A stretch of DNA of 33,442 bases from Ylistrum balloti. Taxonomy: Eukaryota. Positions 11,516 to 21,039 of the stretch are shown one piece after another; within the stretch, counting starts at the first letter, position 1, and every line of letters starts with the position of its first letter. The notes under the pieces are model-generated. The model ran no database searches. It saw only the letters and a program-made list of their open reading frames with translations, and was not told the DNA's origin. The stretch lies in contig NW_026781947.1 of NCBI RefSeq assembly GCF_031769215.1, positions 62,001-95,442 of the forward strand, given 5' to 3'. A program made the translations under genes and the position numbers.

Positions 11516-12013
11516 TTATTCTTCACTGAAAAATGTGTCAAATCCTGTGATTGGATGTAGGCCATCATCAGCGTTCATCTCGAGACCTTTTTTTCCTTTC
11601 ATTTTATCTTGTTTTCCTTTCCTTTTATCTTGTTTTCCTTTCCTTTTATCTTGTTTTCCTTTCCTTTTATTTTGCTTTCCTGAAGAATGTTTTCCGGGAA
11701 TTTTCTTTTTCTTTTCATTAAAATCAATAGAATCAAATGTGTCAAATCCTGTGATTGGATGTAGGCCATCATCAGCGTTCATCTCGAGACCTTTTTTTCC
11801 TTTCCCTTTATCTTGCTTTCCTGAAGAATGTTTTCCGGGAATTTTCTTTTTCTTTTCATTGAAATCAATAGAATCAAATGTGTCAAATCCTGTGATTGGA
11901 TGTAGGCCTTCATCAGCGTTCATCTCGAGACCTTTATCTGGAGGATTATCAAAAAGGTGAGGACTGGCTGTTATAGAGACGACAAGAAATGCGAGGTTGA
12001 TATACGTTTTCAT
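11516..12013 (-). CDS. Putative secreted 165-aa repetitive protein or propeptide with alternating acidic and Lys-rich blocks; no recognised family
   Basis: ATG at 12013 lies 14 nt after the acceptor-like TTTCATTTTAG (exon start 12027). It has a signal-peptide-like N-terminus, MKTYINLAFLVVSITA. Three copies of KGLEMNAD(E/D)GLHPITGFDTF are spaced 141 and 204 nt apart, with 21-nt KRKGKQD sub-repeats; all lengths are multiples of 3. Stop TAA at 11516-11518; AATAAA on - at 11388-11393. Confidence 0.7.
   Translation of the reverse strand: MKTYINLAFLVVSITASPHLFDNPPDKGLEMNADEGLHPITGFDTFDSIDFNEKKKKIPGKHSSGKQDKGKGKKGLEMNADDGLHPITGFDTFDSIDFNEKKKKIPGKHSSGKQNKRKGKQDKRKGKQDKRKGKQDKMKGKKGLEMNADDGLHPITGFDTFFSEE
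11532..11935 (-). repeat. Coding tandem repeat: 141-nt unit; second unit expanded by 63 nt of 21-nt sub-repeats; third unit partial
   Basis: GTGTCAAATCCTGTGATTGGATGTAGGCC starts at 11535, 11739 and 11880. The sub-repeat CCTTTTATCTTGTTTTCCTTT recurs across ~11600-11680. Confidence 0.95.
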
Positions 12014-12612
12014 GATGACTTGATAACCTAAAATGAAACACGTTAGAAATTGCAGTCCAGTAAAGACGGGAAACTTTGTCATTTTGAGAGTACTTAACTG
12101 AAAAAAATTGTGAAAATATCGGATATCACTGCTACAAATGTACACACGTATTACTATTTAGTCTGTGAAGTAACTGGGACTTATAACAACTACAATGATT
12201 TTACATCACATATAACCTAAATCAAAGCAGTAGGAATTGTAGACAGAAATTTACAGGGCTTGTATAACAGCTATCTATTTAAAGCGACATCATAGGTTAA
12301 AAAACGTGTTTCCATAACAACAAGATACAGATTGATAGATTTTACAGAAAGGTTTACTCCTGTCATCATGACCATTTTTAGGCAAAATTGGATTTTAATT
12401 TGCGAACTGAAAGAAGATATACTGTCTATTAACTGCGCTTATTTTCACGTAATATGTGATTACTGAAGTTTTATTCGACATCTGCCGTTAATTAAGAGAA
12501 CTTTTAAAATTTTGATAAAAAAAAAAAAAAAATTCTTTGTCTTGCTATTGATTTTGAACAACAATGAATTAATCTCATGTCGATTTATACATGTTTGTGG
12601 TAACAAGAATGG

Positions 12613-12644
12613 TACATACATACATACATACATACATACATACA

Positions 12645-12674
<30 letters not shown>
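12613..12674. repeat. (TACA)n microsatellite, ~15 units
   Basis: Directly visible perfect tetranucleotide run. Confidence 0.97.
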
Positions 12675-12676
<2 letters not shown>

Positions 12677-13613
12677 CTTATTATTTATATGGAAAATCAA
12701 TGTATTACACTAACATTGTCCTTTTAAGGTTTTGAAATTTCGAGATACAGAGATAAGTGACGTATACATTATAGAATTATGAAATTTGCGGAGATATACC
12801 TCACCTTTATAAGCAAAGAAAAGTTAAAGTATGTTCAACCTCAACTCTTTATAGAATGAAAAGATTTCTTTTCGGATTTTGGAGAGTTATTGATAAAATT
12901 ACGACTAAATGTACTGTAAGTGTAGACGGAAGAGATTTGGAGTTGATACTTGGCCTTTCTTCTTCACGTAAGGAAAAATTATATTCAAAATCACATGCAT
13001 AAAAGGAACAAAAAAATCTATACTAACAACATTTCTTAACGGAAAAAATATAAATTGAATTTTTTATTTATTATCATGTTTTTAAATGATATTGTTTTCA
13101 ACTGATGAAATTTATATTTTCGCTGTTGTATTGCGTGTATTTATTTTATCGATTACCGGGTAGTCTTCACATACATTAAAGTGTTGGAAATGACGCTAAC
13201 ACAAAAATATATTATATATAAAACAACATGTATTTGGAATGTTCATGCAAATTACTTGCAATGCCTGGATAAGGTATATAATCGCATTGAACAAAATAGC
13301 TTAATGTTCTTGTCTAACAACAAGAACATATATATATGGTTACTGCGTGCACACAAGACAGATTATCAGTATTCCTACTTATTTACATCTACTGTAACGT
13401 TCTTGAAAAATTTCAGGGTGTAACCAATTGGTTAAAAAATGAGAAAGGTTTATTTTTACATTTTCTCAATATATTTCCACGCCTTAATACTGAACTTACA
13501 GATAAATGACATACTTACGTACTTTGATCAGGTGCTGCCATTAAGAACCTGCTAAAGAAAGAATGGGATTATTAATATATAGAAGGCAGGCAAACAAAAA
13601 CAATATGTGCACG

Positions 13614-13661
13614 AATTTCATTGGTCAAAGTCATCATAATTTCATTGGTCAAAGTCATCAT
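13614..13661. repeat. Perfect 24-bp tandem duplication
   Basis: AATTTCATTGGTCAAAGTCATCAT occurs at 13614-13637 and 13638-13661. Confidence 0.95.
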
Positions 13662-13903
13662 ACCATCAAGCTGATATAGTCATCCCATCTGTTCATCATG
13701 TAATTAATGACGCGTGCTTGTTCCCATTTAATAGATAATTTGTAATCATGTTTTGTTTTAAAGTTTTAAACACCCAACACCTGGGATCACAATAATTCAC
13801 ACCATTTGAAATAAAAATTAAGTTGAGAAATGTTCTATTTTTTAATGCGATATGAAACTGGAAGTGTTTGGTGTTCGATAGTTTGCCTGTTGGTTCTTAA
13901 TAC

Positions 13904-14010
13904 CTTGCTCTTATTTGAGAACGTGACGTTACTTACACGGATTGACAAGATTTACCTGGCTAGTGTCGTCGATAAAACAGGACATGCTTCGTCTTCCGGA
14001 ACACATAATC
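13904..14010 (+). repeat. Degenerate Penelope-like terminal-repeat-derived dispersed repeat
   Basis: GGATTGACAAGATTTAC followed by CAGGACATGCTTCGTCTTCCGGAACAC, similar to CAGGATACTTACTCTTCTGGAACAC at ~11078-11102. Confidence 0.45.
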
Positions 14011-15055
14011 TTACATATATTTGTATTGTTTTAGGAGTCTCAGTGAATATATTTCTTTTGTTCATATTTTGCTCAAGTTTTATTAAATTTGAATTCGAAT
14101 CATGATAACATTGACATGTTGCTATTTTCTTGTAAGTTGTTTTGACATTGAGATAGAGGGGGAAAGGTGGTTATGTACAGACCGACTAAGTACATAACAC
14201 AATCTTCTTCGTGTAATTAATTGCATATTAGGAATATCAATATCATTTTTGCAAAGGAATCTCTGCGTTCTAGTTTAGTATCTTAATAGTTTCTACTGTC
14301 TTGTAATCAAGCACTTTTTACCAGACAATCACTCTCTTCTTGTTTTATTCTAAAAGTATATTTGGAGGTTATGAACACAAAAGGATACAGGTTATTGTAT
14401 CTCATTACGTTCATACCGTCATAAACGCAACATCTTTATTGTTGATATTTGTATTATTATAAAACTACGTTACCTGTTCAGTGGAGTAAATATGGTACGC
14501 TTGGTGGTAACGTTAACACAAGTCATATTTCCAATGACGGCTTCTATCATCTTAGAATGATTGCTAATATTATACAAAAGACACACAAATGAATATCATC
14601 TTTTCATAATGTTAAATGAGATACAAACAATAACAATAATAGTTGTGTAAATTAATTCATATTAATTCAATTTAATTAATATTTGATAACGAATACACCA
14701 GAAAACAATTTGTGTGGCGATTTTGTATAAATGAACCCACCCGCTTGCCCAACGTAATTATTGGTCACGTGATGGTGTAATGGACACACATACTTGAAAG
14801 AGCTCCCAGGTGAGGTGGGGTATTATTGTAATATTTAAGCAGAGTATTGACATGAAATCTACCAACAGTTGTCCATAAGCATTGTCATTGTTGTGCTTGA
14901 TGAACTTTTTCAACTATAATACGTGTATTTCTGCGTAATAGTGATTTACACTGTTCAACCTCCCTGGTTGTACACGTGAACTGTGTTACCTGTGGAACAC
15001 GTACATTCCTATACACGCCTATACTGCATGCCTAGTGTATACCATTTAGTATCGT

Positions 15056-15934
15056 ATGGCCGGCAAATTTTCAACGCCATCTACAATTTCCAAACGCAAA
15101 ATTGAGGAAAGTGTAAGCCCCGACTCATTAGTAGCAGGTGCCCCAGTGTCGAGTCGTAGGAGATCGTCCCTACCCGATTTGCCCAGCATGACCTCTACAA
15201 TTACTAATGAGAGTGATCCTATCAACCTAACTGAACTTATACATGCCTCGGTCACGTCACCTACATTTATAAGCGCGCTCGTCCCGAGCCTGGCTACTGC
15301 TCTTGGACCAGCTATCAGCCAACAAATTTCTTCTGCCATGGCCCCTTATACTGAACAAATCAAAACTCTAACTGATCAACTGAATACGGTGACCCAATGT
15401 AATCGCCAACTTACAAACAAAGTTCAGCAGTTGGAAACCACAGTTAAGCATCTGGAGTCCTCTTTAGAGGATCTTGAGCAGTATGGGCGCCGTACCAGCC
15501 TCCGGTTTCATGGCGTACCCTTACGGGAAAATGAAAAACAAACCACCGATGCGAAGGTCGTTGAGATTTGTAAACGTATTGATGTAAATATCTCTACCGA
15601 TGACATCAACAGATCTCACGTGATTGGTGACATACGTAATGGAAAGTCTCAAATCATATGTAGATTGCGCAACTGGAAAATCAAGAACAGTATATACCAG
15701 TCGCGTCTCAAATTAAAGAATCTCCAATCCGACCAGTTTCGTGTTTTTATAACTGAAGACCTGACATCATTCCGACAAAAGATCATCGCGGGTTTGTCAA
15801 AAGCCAAAAGAGAGAAGAAAATCCACTCATTTTGGACGAACGACGGTCGAGTATTCTACAGGGCTACATACAATTCCGCGAAAATCCTAGTGAAGCAGTA
15901 CGAGGATATATCTCACTTGACTTCCTCTAGTTGA
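15056..15934 (+). CDS. LINE B ORF1p (coiled coil plus L1-ORF1-like RRM/CTD)
   Basis: Heptad region (IKTLTDQLNTVTQCNRQLTNKVQQLETTVKHLESSLEDLEQYGRR) followed by LRFHGVP, IICRL, VFITEDLT and WTNDGRVF, typical of L1-type ORF1 in invertebrate CR1/L2-group LINEs. Confidence 0.85.
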   Translation: MAGKFSTPSTISKRKIEESVSPDSLVAGAPVSSRRRSSLPDLPSMTSTITNESDPINLTELIHASVTSPTFISALVPSLATALGPAISQQISSAMAPYTEQIKTLTDQLNTVTQCNRQLTNKVQQLETTVKHLESSLEDLEQYGRRTSLRFHGVPLRENEKQTTDAKVVEICKRIDVNISTDDINRSHVIGDIRNGKSQIICRLRNWKIKNSIYQSRLKLKNLQSDQFRVFITEDLTSFRQKIIAGLSKAKREKKIHSFWTNDGRVFYRATYNSAKILVKQYEDISHLTSSS

Positions 15935-16069
15935 GCCAATTCATATACAAGTACATTGTACCTGACATCACGTGTCTATCATCATGTGGACATTCTATTG
16001 TGTTAATAAGTAACAATGTCTTCTGGAAATAAGGCTACCTTGATTATACATCACTTTGAAAAAATTGAA

Positions 16070-16830
16070 AGGAAAAACGAGTACACATACCTATACTGAA
16101 TATATTCATGCAATTAATGCCCATTATGCCATTATGCGTATATATCTATTTGTATTTACAAGTACCAAACTTGGTCTTCTGGTGACAAGTTTAACTTTAT
16201 ATGCGTACATTACTCTCATGCTTCTGTTTTTTTTTTTTTTTTTTAGTTATTACACTTTTGTACAAGTGCGCTTACGAATGCATACGTAATACAAATATAT
16301 ACTAAATATATACTTACCATCTGTGTTCATTCGGCGTACTTTACTCACATGTTAAAAATAATCAAAAAAGTTTTTTTTTTTTTTTTTTTAATCATGAATA
16401 AGGAGTGATATTTTTGTACATGAGCGCTTACGAGCGCATACAATATACTATACATATACTGAATATATAAATACCATCTGTCTTCATTCTGCATACATTT
16501 ATCACACGATAAGAAAAATCCAAATGCTTTTTTTGAATCATGAATATGGAGTTATTACATTTTTGTACATGTGCGCTTACGAATGCATACATTATACTAT
16601 ATTCATACTGAATATATACATACCATCTGTGTTCATTCAGCGTACATTCCTCACATGATTAAAAAAAAAAAAATGTTTTTTTTTTTTTTTTTTCCCCCTT
16701 TTGAATCATGGCTATGGAGTTATTTTTTCGTTCATGTGCGCTTACGAATCCATACATTATACTGTATATATACTTACCATCTGTGTTCATTTTGCGTACA
16801 TTCCTCACATGTTAAAAAAATCAATTGTTT
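16070..16830 (+). repeat. Tandem array of four ~150-165-bp units plus degenerate partial units in the ORF1-ORF2 spacer
   Basis: G(T/A)GCGCTTACGA starts at 16266, 16422, 16571 and 16736 (spacings 156/149/165). TACCATCTGT(G/C)TTCATT occurs in every unit, followed by an A-tract; units 1-3 then have a T-tract and AATCATG. Confidence 0.9.
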
Positions 16831-17267
16831 ATAGTGTGGTATTATTAATACGAACTTATATTTATACATGTGTGATATTCATCGGATGGATATATACTTT
16901 GCGCATATGCGTTTTTCTAATGTAACCCATGTATATAGTTTTGCCTTTAGTATTACCAACTATTCCTTACGGATATCCAGTATATAAACATACAATTTTG
17001 TTATATGTCTTTACATACGTTAATATACCCAATACCTACCCCTCATTCCTCGGTATTCGACATGATACTTATCTGTTTCATTGTTATACCTTCCCTTTGC
17101 TGTCTACTATACTATAGCTTCATCTTTCCAATGGCGCATTGTCATCCTCCCTCTCCACAGTTATTCTCTTTTCTCGATTCCTCCCCAACCTTAGGATATG
17201 TCTGTGCACCCCTTTTTTCGTTGGTAGTCCTCCACCTATTTCTATTTTTTGTCAACTTCCAACCTCC

Positions 17268-20200
17268 ATGACAGGTAACGACGTGTGTGCATGGAGGGCT
17301 GCCATAGGTTGTTTTTATAGTAAATTATCGTGTATTTCAATCACCTTTGTTCTTAAAGTTAAAAATTGTTTATTTTTATTTCTAGCATTGCTCTCCAATC
17401 TAAATTGCCTCCATCGGATCTATCTTTTGCTTTTGCAGTTGTCCCATTGCATCCACAATCCTTATAATTCAGCTTTAATTGTTTTATTGATAGCGGGCGA
17501 TATTCATCCAAACCCCGGACCTAGTTCTAATAGTAGTTCATCTATCAGTGCTCTTAGTATATTACACCTAAACATTCGTAGCTTACGTAACAAATTAAAT
17601 TATATGTCCTCACTAGTAGACGATGTTGATATTTTAGCCATTACTGAAACACATCTCGACAACTCTGTACCAAACTCCGACATCATAATTGATGGTTTCT
17701 CTGAACCATTCCGGAAAGATAGGAATATGTTTGGTGGTGGAGTTGCCATGTATTTTTCTGAATCCCTTATCGCCAAGCGTAGAACTGATCTTGAATTTGG
17801 AAACTCTGAAATGATATGGTCACAAGTCAAACTCCAAAATTTTCTTTATTTAATATGTAATATTTACAGACCTCCCTCATCCAACGCCAATGTCTTATGG
17901 CAGCATCTTCGACATTCAGTTGATATAGCACTCGAAGAAACACCAAACGTAATAATTACAGGTGATTTAAATATCGATTTTTTGAAAAATGATAGAGTTG
18001 ATCTAAGTAATATTCTTTCCCAATATAATCTAACAAATGTTATTACCGAACCAACCAGACGTACTGATACTTCTTCTACACTCCTTGACCCCATTATTGT
18101 TAGTGATACTGTAGATGTAGTTTTCTCTGATGTGATCGAAATTGAGCGAGCAATTAGTGACCATGATGCTGCTTTCGTCGTCATTAATATTCCTGTAACA
18201 ATTAAACACAACTTCAGAAGAAAAGTATGGCTGTACAATCAATCCAATGTGGACGAACTTAAAAATATGATCAATAGTATTCCGTGGCTAGAAAATTTCA
18301 CCCATATGTTAAACGTTAACGAAATGTGTAATTATTTCACCGAGAAATTCTTAAATGCTGTAAATACGTGTATACCCTCGAGAGAAGTATTAGTGCGTGA
18401 TGGTGACAAGCCCTGGATGAATGGTCTGCTAAGACGCAATATCAGAAAAAGGGATAGACTTAAAAGAATAATGTTTAATAATAGTACTGAGCGTAATAAA
18501 AATAATTATAAGTACATGAGAAACAGAGTAAACAATATGATTAAAAGAGCCAAGGAATTATTTTATGAAAATGTAAATACGGTGATTGACAAAAGTAATA
18601 GCAATCCCAAAACGTATTGGAAACTTCTACGAAGTATTCTTAAGGGCAAAACAAATATTGAAATTTCCCCCCTACTAGACTCTTTTACAAACGAAATTTT
18701 ATATGACAATGACAGTAAATGTGAATTGTTGAATAACTATTTTAGTTCTGTATGTAATCTATCAGAAAATGACATAGACAAAGATTTACCTTTTTTTGAA
18801 CGGCGCACCAACTCCGTTTTATCTGAAATCCATATAGCTCCTGGTGAAGTTGAAGATATTATAAATATTCTTAATTTAAATAAAGCAACAGGTCCTGATG
18901 GTATAAGTCATAAAATGCTCAAACTTGTAGCCAATGAAGTTTCTGTACCACTGTCTATTATATTTAATCGATCACTATCTTCCTCTGTATTTCCTGATTT
19001 GTGGAAAATTGCCCACGTAATGCCCGTATTTAAAGCTAACGATCCAAGTGTCACTTCTAATTATAGACCAATTTCACTCATAAGTTGTATAGGTAAACTG
19101 TTTGAACGTGTGATATATAAGCACATCTACAATTTTTTGATTGAAAATGATCTTATTTACAAGTATCAGTCAGGATTCCTACCTAATCATTCCACAACTC
19201 ATCAACTAATTGAGTTATATCACTCTATAATTACCTCCTTAGAAAAATTTGAACATTCTATTTTAATTTTTTGTGACTTTTCCAAGGCGTTTGACAGAGT
19301 CTGGCACAAAGGCCTTATATTTAAACTAAACAACTACGGTATTTCTGGATCACTTCTCCGATGGATAACCAGCTATTTGTCTAACAGAAAGCAGGCCGTC
19401 TTTATTAAGGATTCATTATCCTCGTTCAAGACTATTAATGCTGGCGTCCCTCAAGGTTCTGTACTAGGCCCTCTCTTCTTCTTAATATATATAAACGATA
19501 TTTCACATAATCTTTCTTCTTTATCTAGACTTTTTGCTGATGACACTTCCCTCTCATATTCATCACAAGACTTAATCTATATTGAAAATGTAGCCAAATC
19601 TGATTTGAGGAAACTTGAAATTTGGTCCAAAGATTGGCTTATGTCCTTCAACCCTAAAAAAACTGAAGCAATGATTATCTCTAATCGGCAACTTCCTTTT
19701 ATCCCATCCCTTACCTTTGATAACACCCCAATTCAAATTACAAATCAACACAAACACCTCGGAGTTATTCTTTCTAACGATGGTAAATGGAATGCCCATA
19801 TTCAGTATATTCTAAGCAAAGTAACCAAATATGTAGCAACCCTCCGAAAGCTTAAACTTATTTTAAATAGAAATAATTTGGAAAAGTTGTATCTTACCTA
19901 TATCCGTCCCTTACTTGAATATTCATGTGAGCTATGGGACAACTGCGGTGTAGTAAATTCTTTAATTCTGGAAAATATCCAACTAGAAGCTGCAAGAATA
20001 GTCACAGGGCTGCCCATATACACAAAAATAGATTTTTTATATCAAGAAACTGGATGGGTTCCTCTTTCCAAAAGACGAGAAGCTCGAAAACTTGCTCTAT
20101 TTTTCACTATTATTAATAACACAGCACCGAATTTTCTAATAGACTTATTGCCAAATACTGTAGGAAATGCTACTCCTTATAATCTACGTAACAACCATCT

Positions 20201-20702
20201 ACTCAGAGAACAGCCTCTTCGTTTACAACTATCACAACTTTCTTTTTTTCCTTCTACATCAAAACTTTGGAACGATTTAAATGTTACTATCAGAAATTCT
20301 CCATCCCTTAACTCATTCAAGAATAATGTTAAAAAATCCATACTAATAGATACTAATATCTGTAAAACTTTTGTAAACCATGGTCCTAGGAAACTAAGTA
20401 TTCTTCATTGTAGACTCAGAAATCGAGCAAGTCCCCTAAATTATGACCTTTTTAGAGCCAATTTACTAGCTAGTGCTGAGTGCCGTTGTGGGCATCCCTG
20501 TGAAGATTCCTATCACTTCTTTCTAATCTGTCCTGTTTATGCCAATCTGCGTCGATCTCTATTAACAGAACTAGCATGGTTTGAAGGTAATATTACAATA
20601 GATCTTCTATGCAAAGGTGACCCGAATATATCTGATGTTAACAATGCAAAAATTGCAAAGGCTGCACAGCATTTCCTCAACAGGTCGGGTAGGTTCGACT
20701 GA
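17268..20702 (+). CDS. LINE B ORF2p: hydrophobic N-peptide, 2A-like motif, APE endonuclease, reverse transcriptase, C-terminal Cys/His motif
   Basis: First in-frame ATG at 17268 (the track starts at TTG 17139). EN motifs ILHLNIRS (17559), ITETHL, GGGV, NIYRPP, TGDLN and SDH (18156). RT motifs KATGPDG, NYRPISL, DFSKAFDRVWH, GVPQGSVLGP and FADD (19533-19544). C-terminal CRCGHPCEDSYHFFLIC (20481-20531). No internal stops. Confidence 0.95.
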   Translation: MTGNDVCAWRAAIGCFYSKLSCISITFVLKVKNCLFLFLALLSNLNCLHRIYLLLLQLSHCIHNPYNSALIVLLIAGDIHPNPGPSSNSSSSISALSILHLNIRSLRNKLNYMSSLVDDVDILAITETHLDNSVPNSDIIIDGFSEPFRKDRNMFGGGVAMYFSESLIAKRRTDLEFGNSEMIWSQVKLQNFLYLICNIYRPPSSNANVLWQHLRHSVDIALEETPNVIITGDLNIDFLKNDRVDLSNILSQYNLTNVITEPTRRTDTSSTLLDPIIVSDTVDVVFSDVIEIERAISDHDAAFVVINIPVTIKHNFRRKVWLYNQSNVDELKNMINSIPWLENFTHMLNVNEMCNYFTEKFLNAVNTCIPSREVLVRDGDKPWMNGLLRRNIRKRDRLKRIMFNNSTERNKNNYKYMRNRVNNMIKRAKELFYENVNTVIDKSNSNPKTYWKLLRSILKGKTNIEISPLLDSFTNEILYDNDSKCELLNNYFSSVCNLSENDIDKDLPFFERRTNSVLSEIHIAPGEVEDIINILNLNKATGPDGISHKMLKLVANEVSVPLSIIFNRSLSSSVFPDLWKIAHVMPVFKANDPSVTSNYRPISLISCIGKLFERVIYKHIYNFLIENDLIYKYQSGFLPNHSTTHQLIELYHSIITSLEKFEHSILIFCDFSKAFDRVWHKGLIFKLNNYGISGSLLRWITSYLSNRKQAVFIKDSLSSFKTINAGVPQGSVLGPLFFLIYINDISHNLSSLSRLFADDTSLSYSSQDLIYIENVAKSDLRKLEIWSKDWLMSFNPKKTEAMIISNRQLPFIPSLTFDNTPIQITNQHKHLGVILSNDGKWNAHIQYILSKVTKYVATLRKLKLILNRNNLEKLYLTYIRPLLEYSCELWDNCGVVNSLILENIQLEAARIVTGLPIYTKIDFLYQETGWVPLSKRREARKLALFFTIINNTAPNFLIDLLPNTVGNATPYNLRNNHLLREQPLRLQLSQLSFFPSTSKLWNDLNVTIRNSPSLNSFKNNVKKSILIDTNICKTFVNHGPRKLSILHCRLRNRASPLNYDLFRANLLASAECRCGHPCEDSYHFFLICPVYANLRRSLLTELAWFEGNITIDLLCKGDPNISDVNNAKIAKAAQHFLNRSGRFD

Positions 20703-21039
20703 TATATAATTATACTTCTATATACAAAATAAGGAGTTTCTCTCTCTCTCCCTCCCCCTCTTTTCCCGTCTCTCCCCCACCTCTCTCCCTCTACCTCTCG
20801 CCTCTCTCTCTCCCTCTCTCTCATTATCAATATTATAACTTAAGTGGCTATTCAATTAGTTTTTTTCATCTCTTGTGTATGATACGCATTCATTTATATA
20901 TGCCACCATGTGACTTGTTTTTGTACTATATTGTATATATATTGTTGGGAGAAGTCGTCTATAAGTTGGCAAAACTTACTGACCAATCCCTTTGACTTTT
21001 CTTTGTCAATAAAATATGTTTAAACTAAACAAAAGTACA

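Larger units (their letters stand above)
14763..21030 (+). mobile_element. Full-length CR1-group LINE 'B' (~6.3 kb) with both ORFs open
   Basis: ORF1 15056-15934, 1.3-kb spacer, ORF2 17268-20702 (APE endonuclease, RT, C-terminal Cys/His motif). The 3'UTR has a CT tract (~20737-20822) and a stem-loop (20947-20990) and ends AATAAAATATGTTTAAACTAAAC at 21030. The 5' boundary is approximate. Confidence 0.9.

Noticed and set aside
11535-11960. 141-aa plus-strand repetitive ORF
   Set aside because: Antisense shadow of the repeat ORF on the minus strand; GTG start and no signal peptide or splice context.
11516-12013. Ligand-receptor pairing of the secreted peptide with the neighbouring GPCR
   Set aside because: The receptor has aminergic (ADRA1-type) signatures, so a peptide ligand is unlikely; proximity alone is not evidence.
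12460-12727. ORFs with YVCM / YIHT repeats
   Set aside because: Translations of the (TACA)n microsatellite.
14600-14800. Target-site duplication for LINE B, or continuation of the L2/Crack tail
   Set aside because: No match to the sequence after 21030 was found, so the 5' boundary remains approximate.
17139-17267. N-terminal extension of LINE B ORF2 from the TTG start
   Set aside because: Non-ATG start and low-complexity pyrimidine-rich sequence; the ATG at 17268 precedes the WRAAIGCF motif and is the more plausible start.
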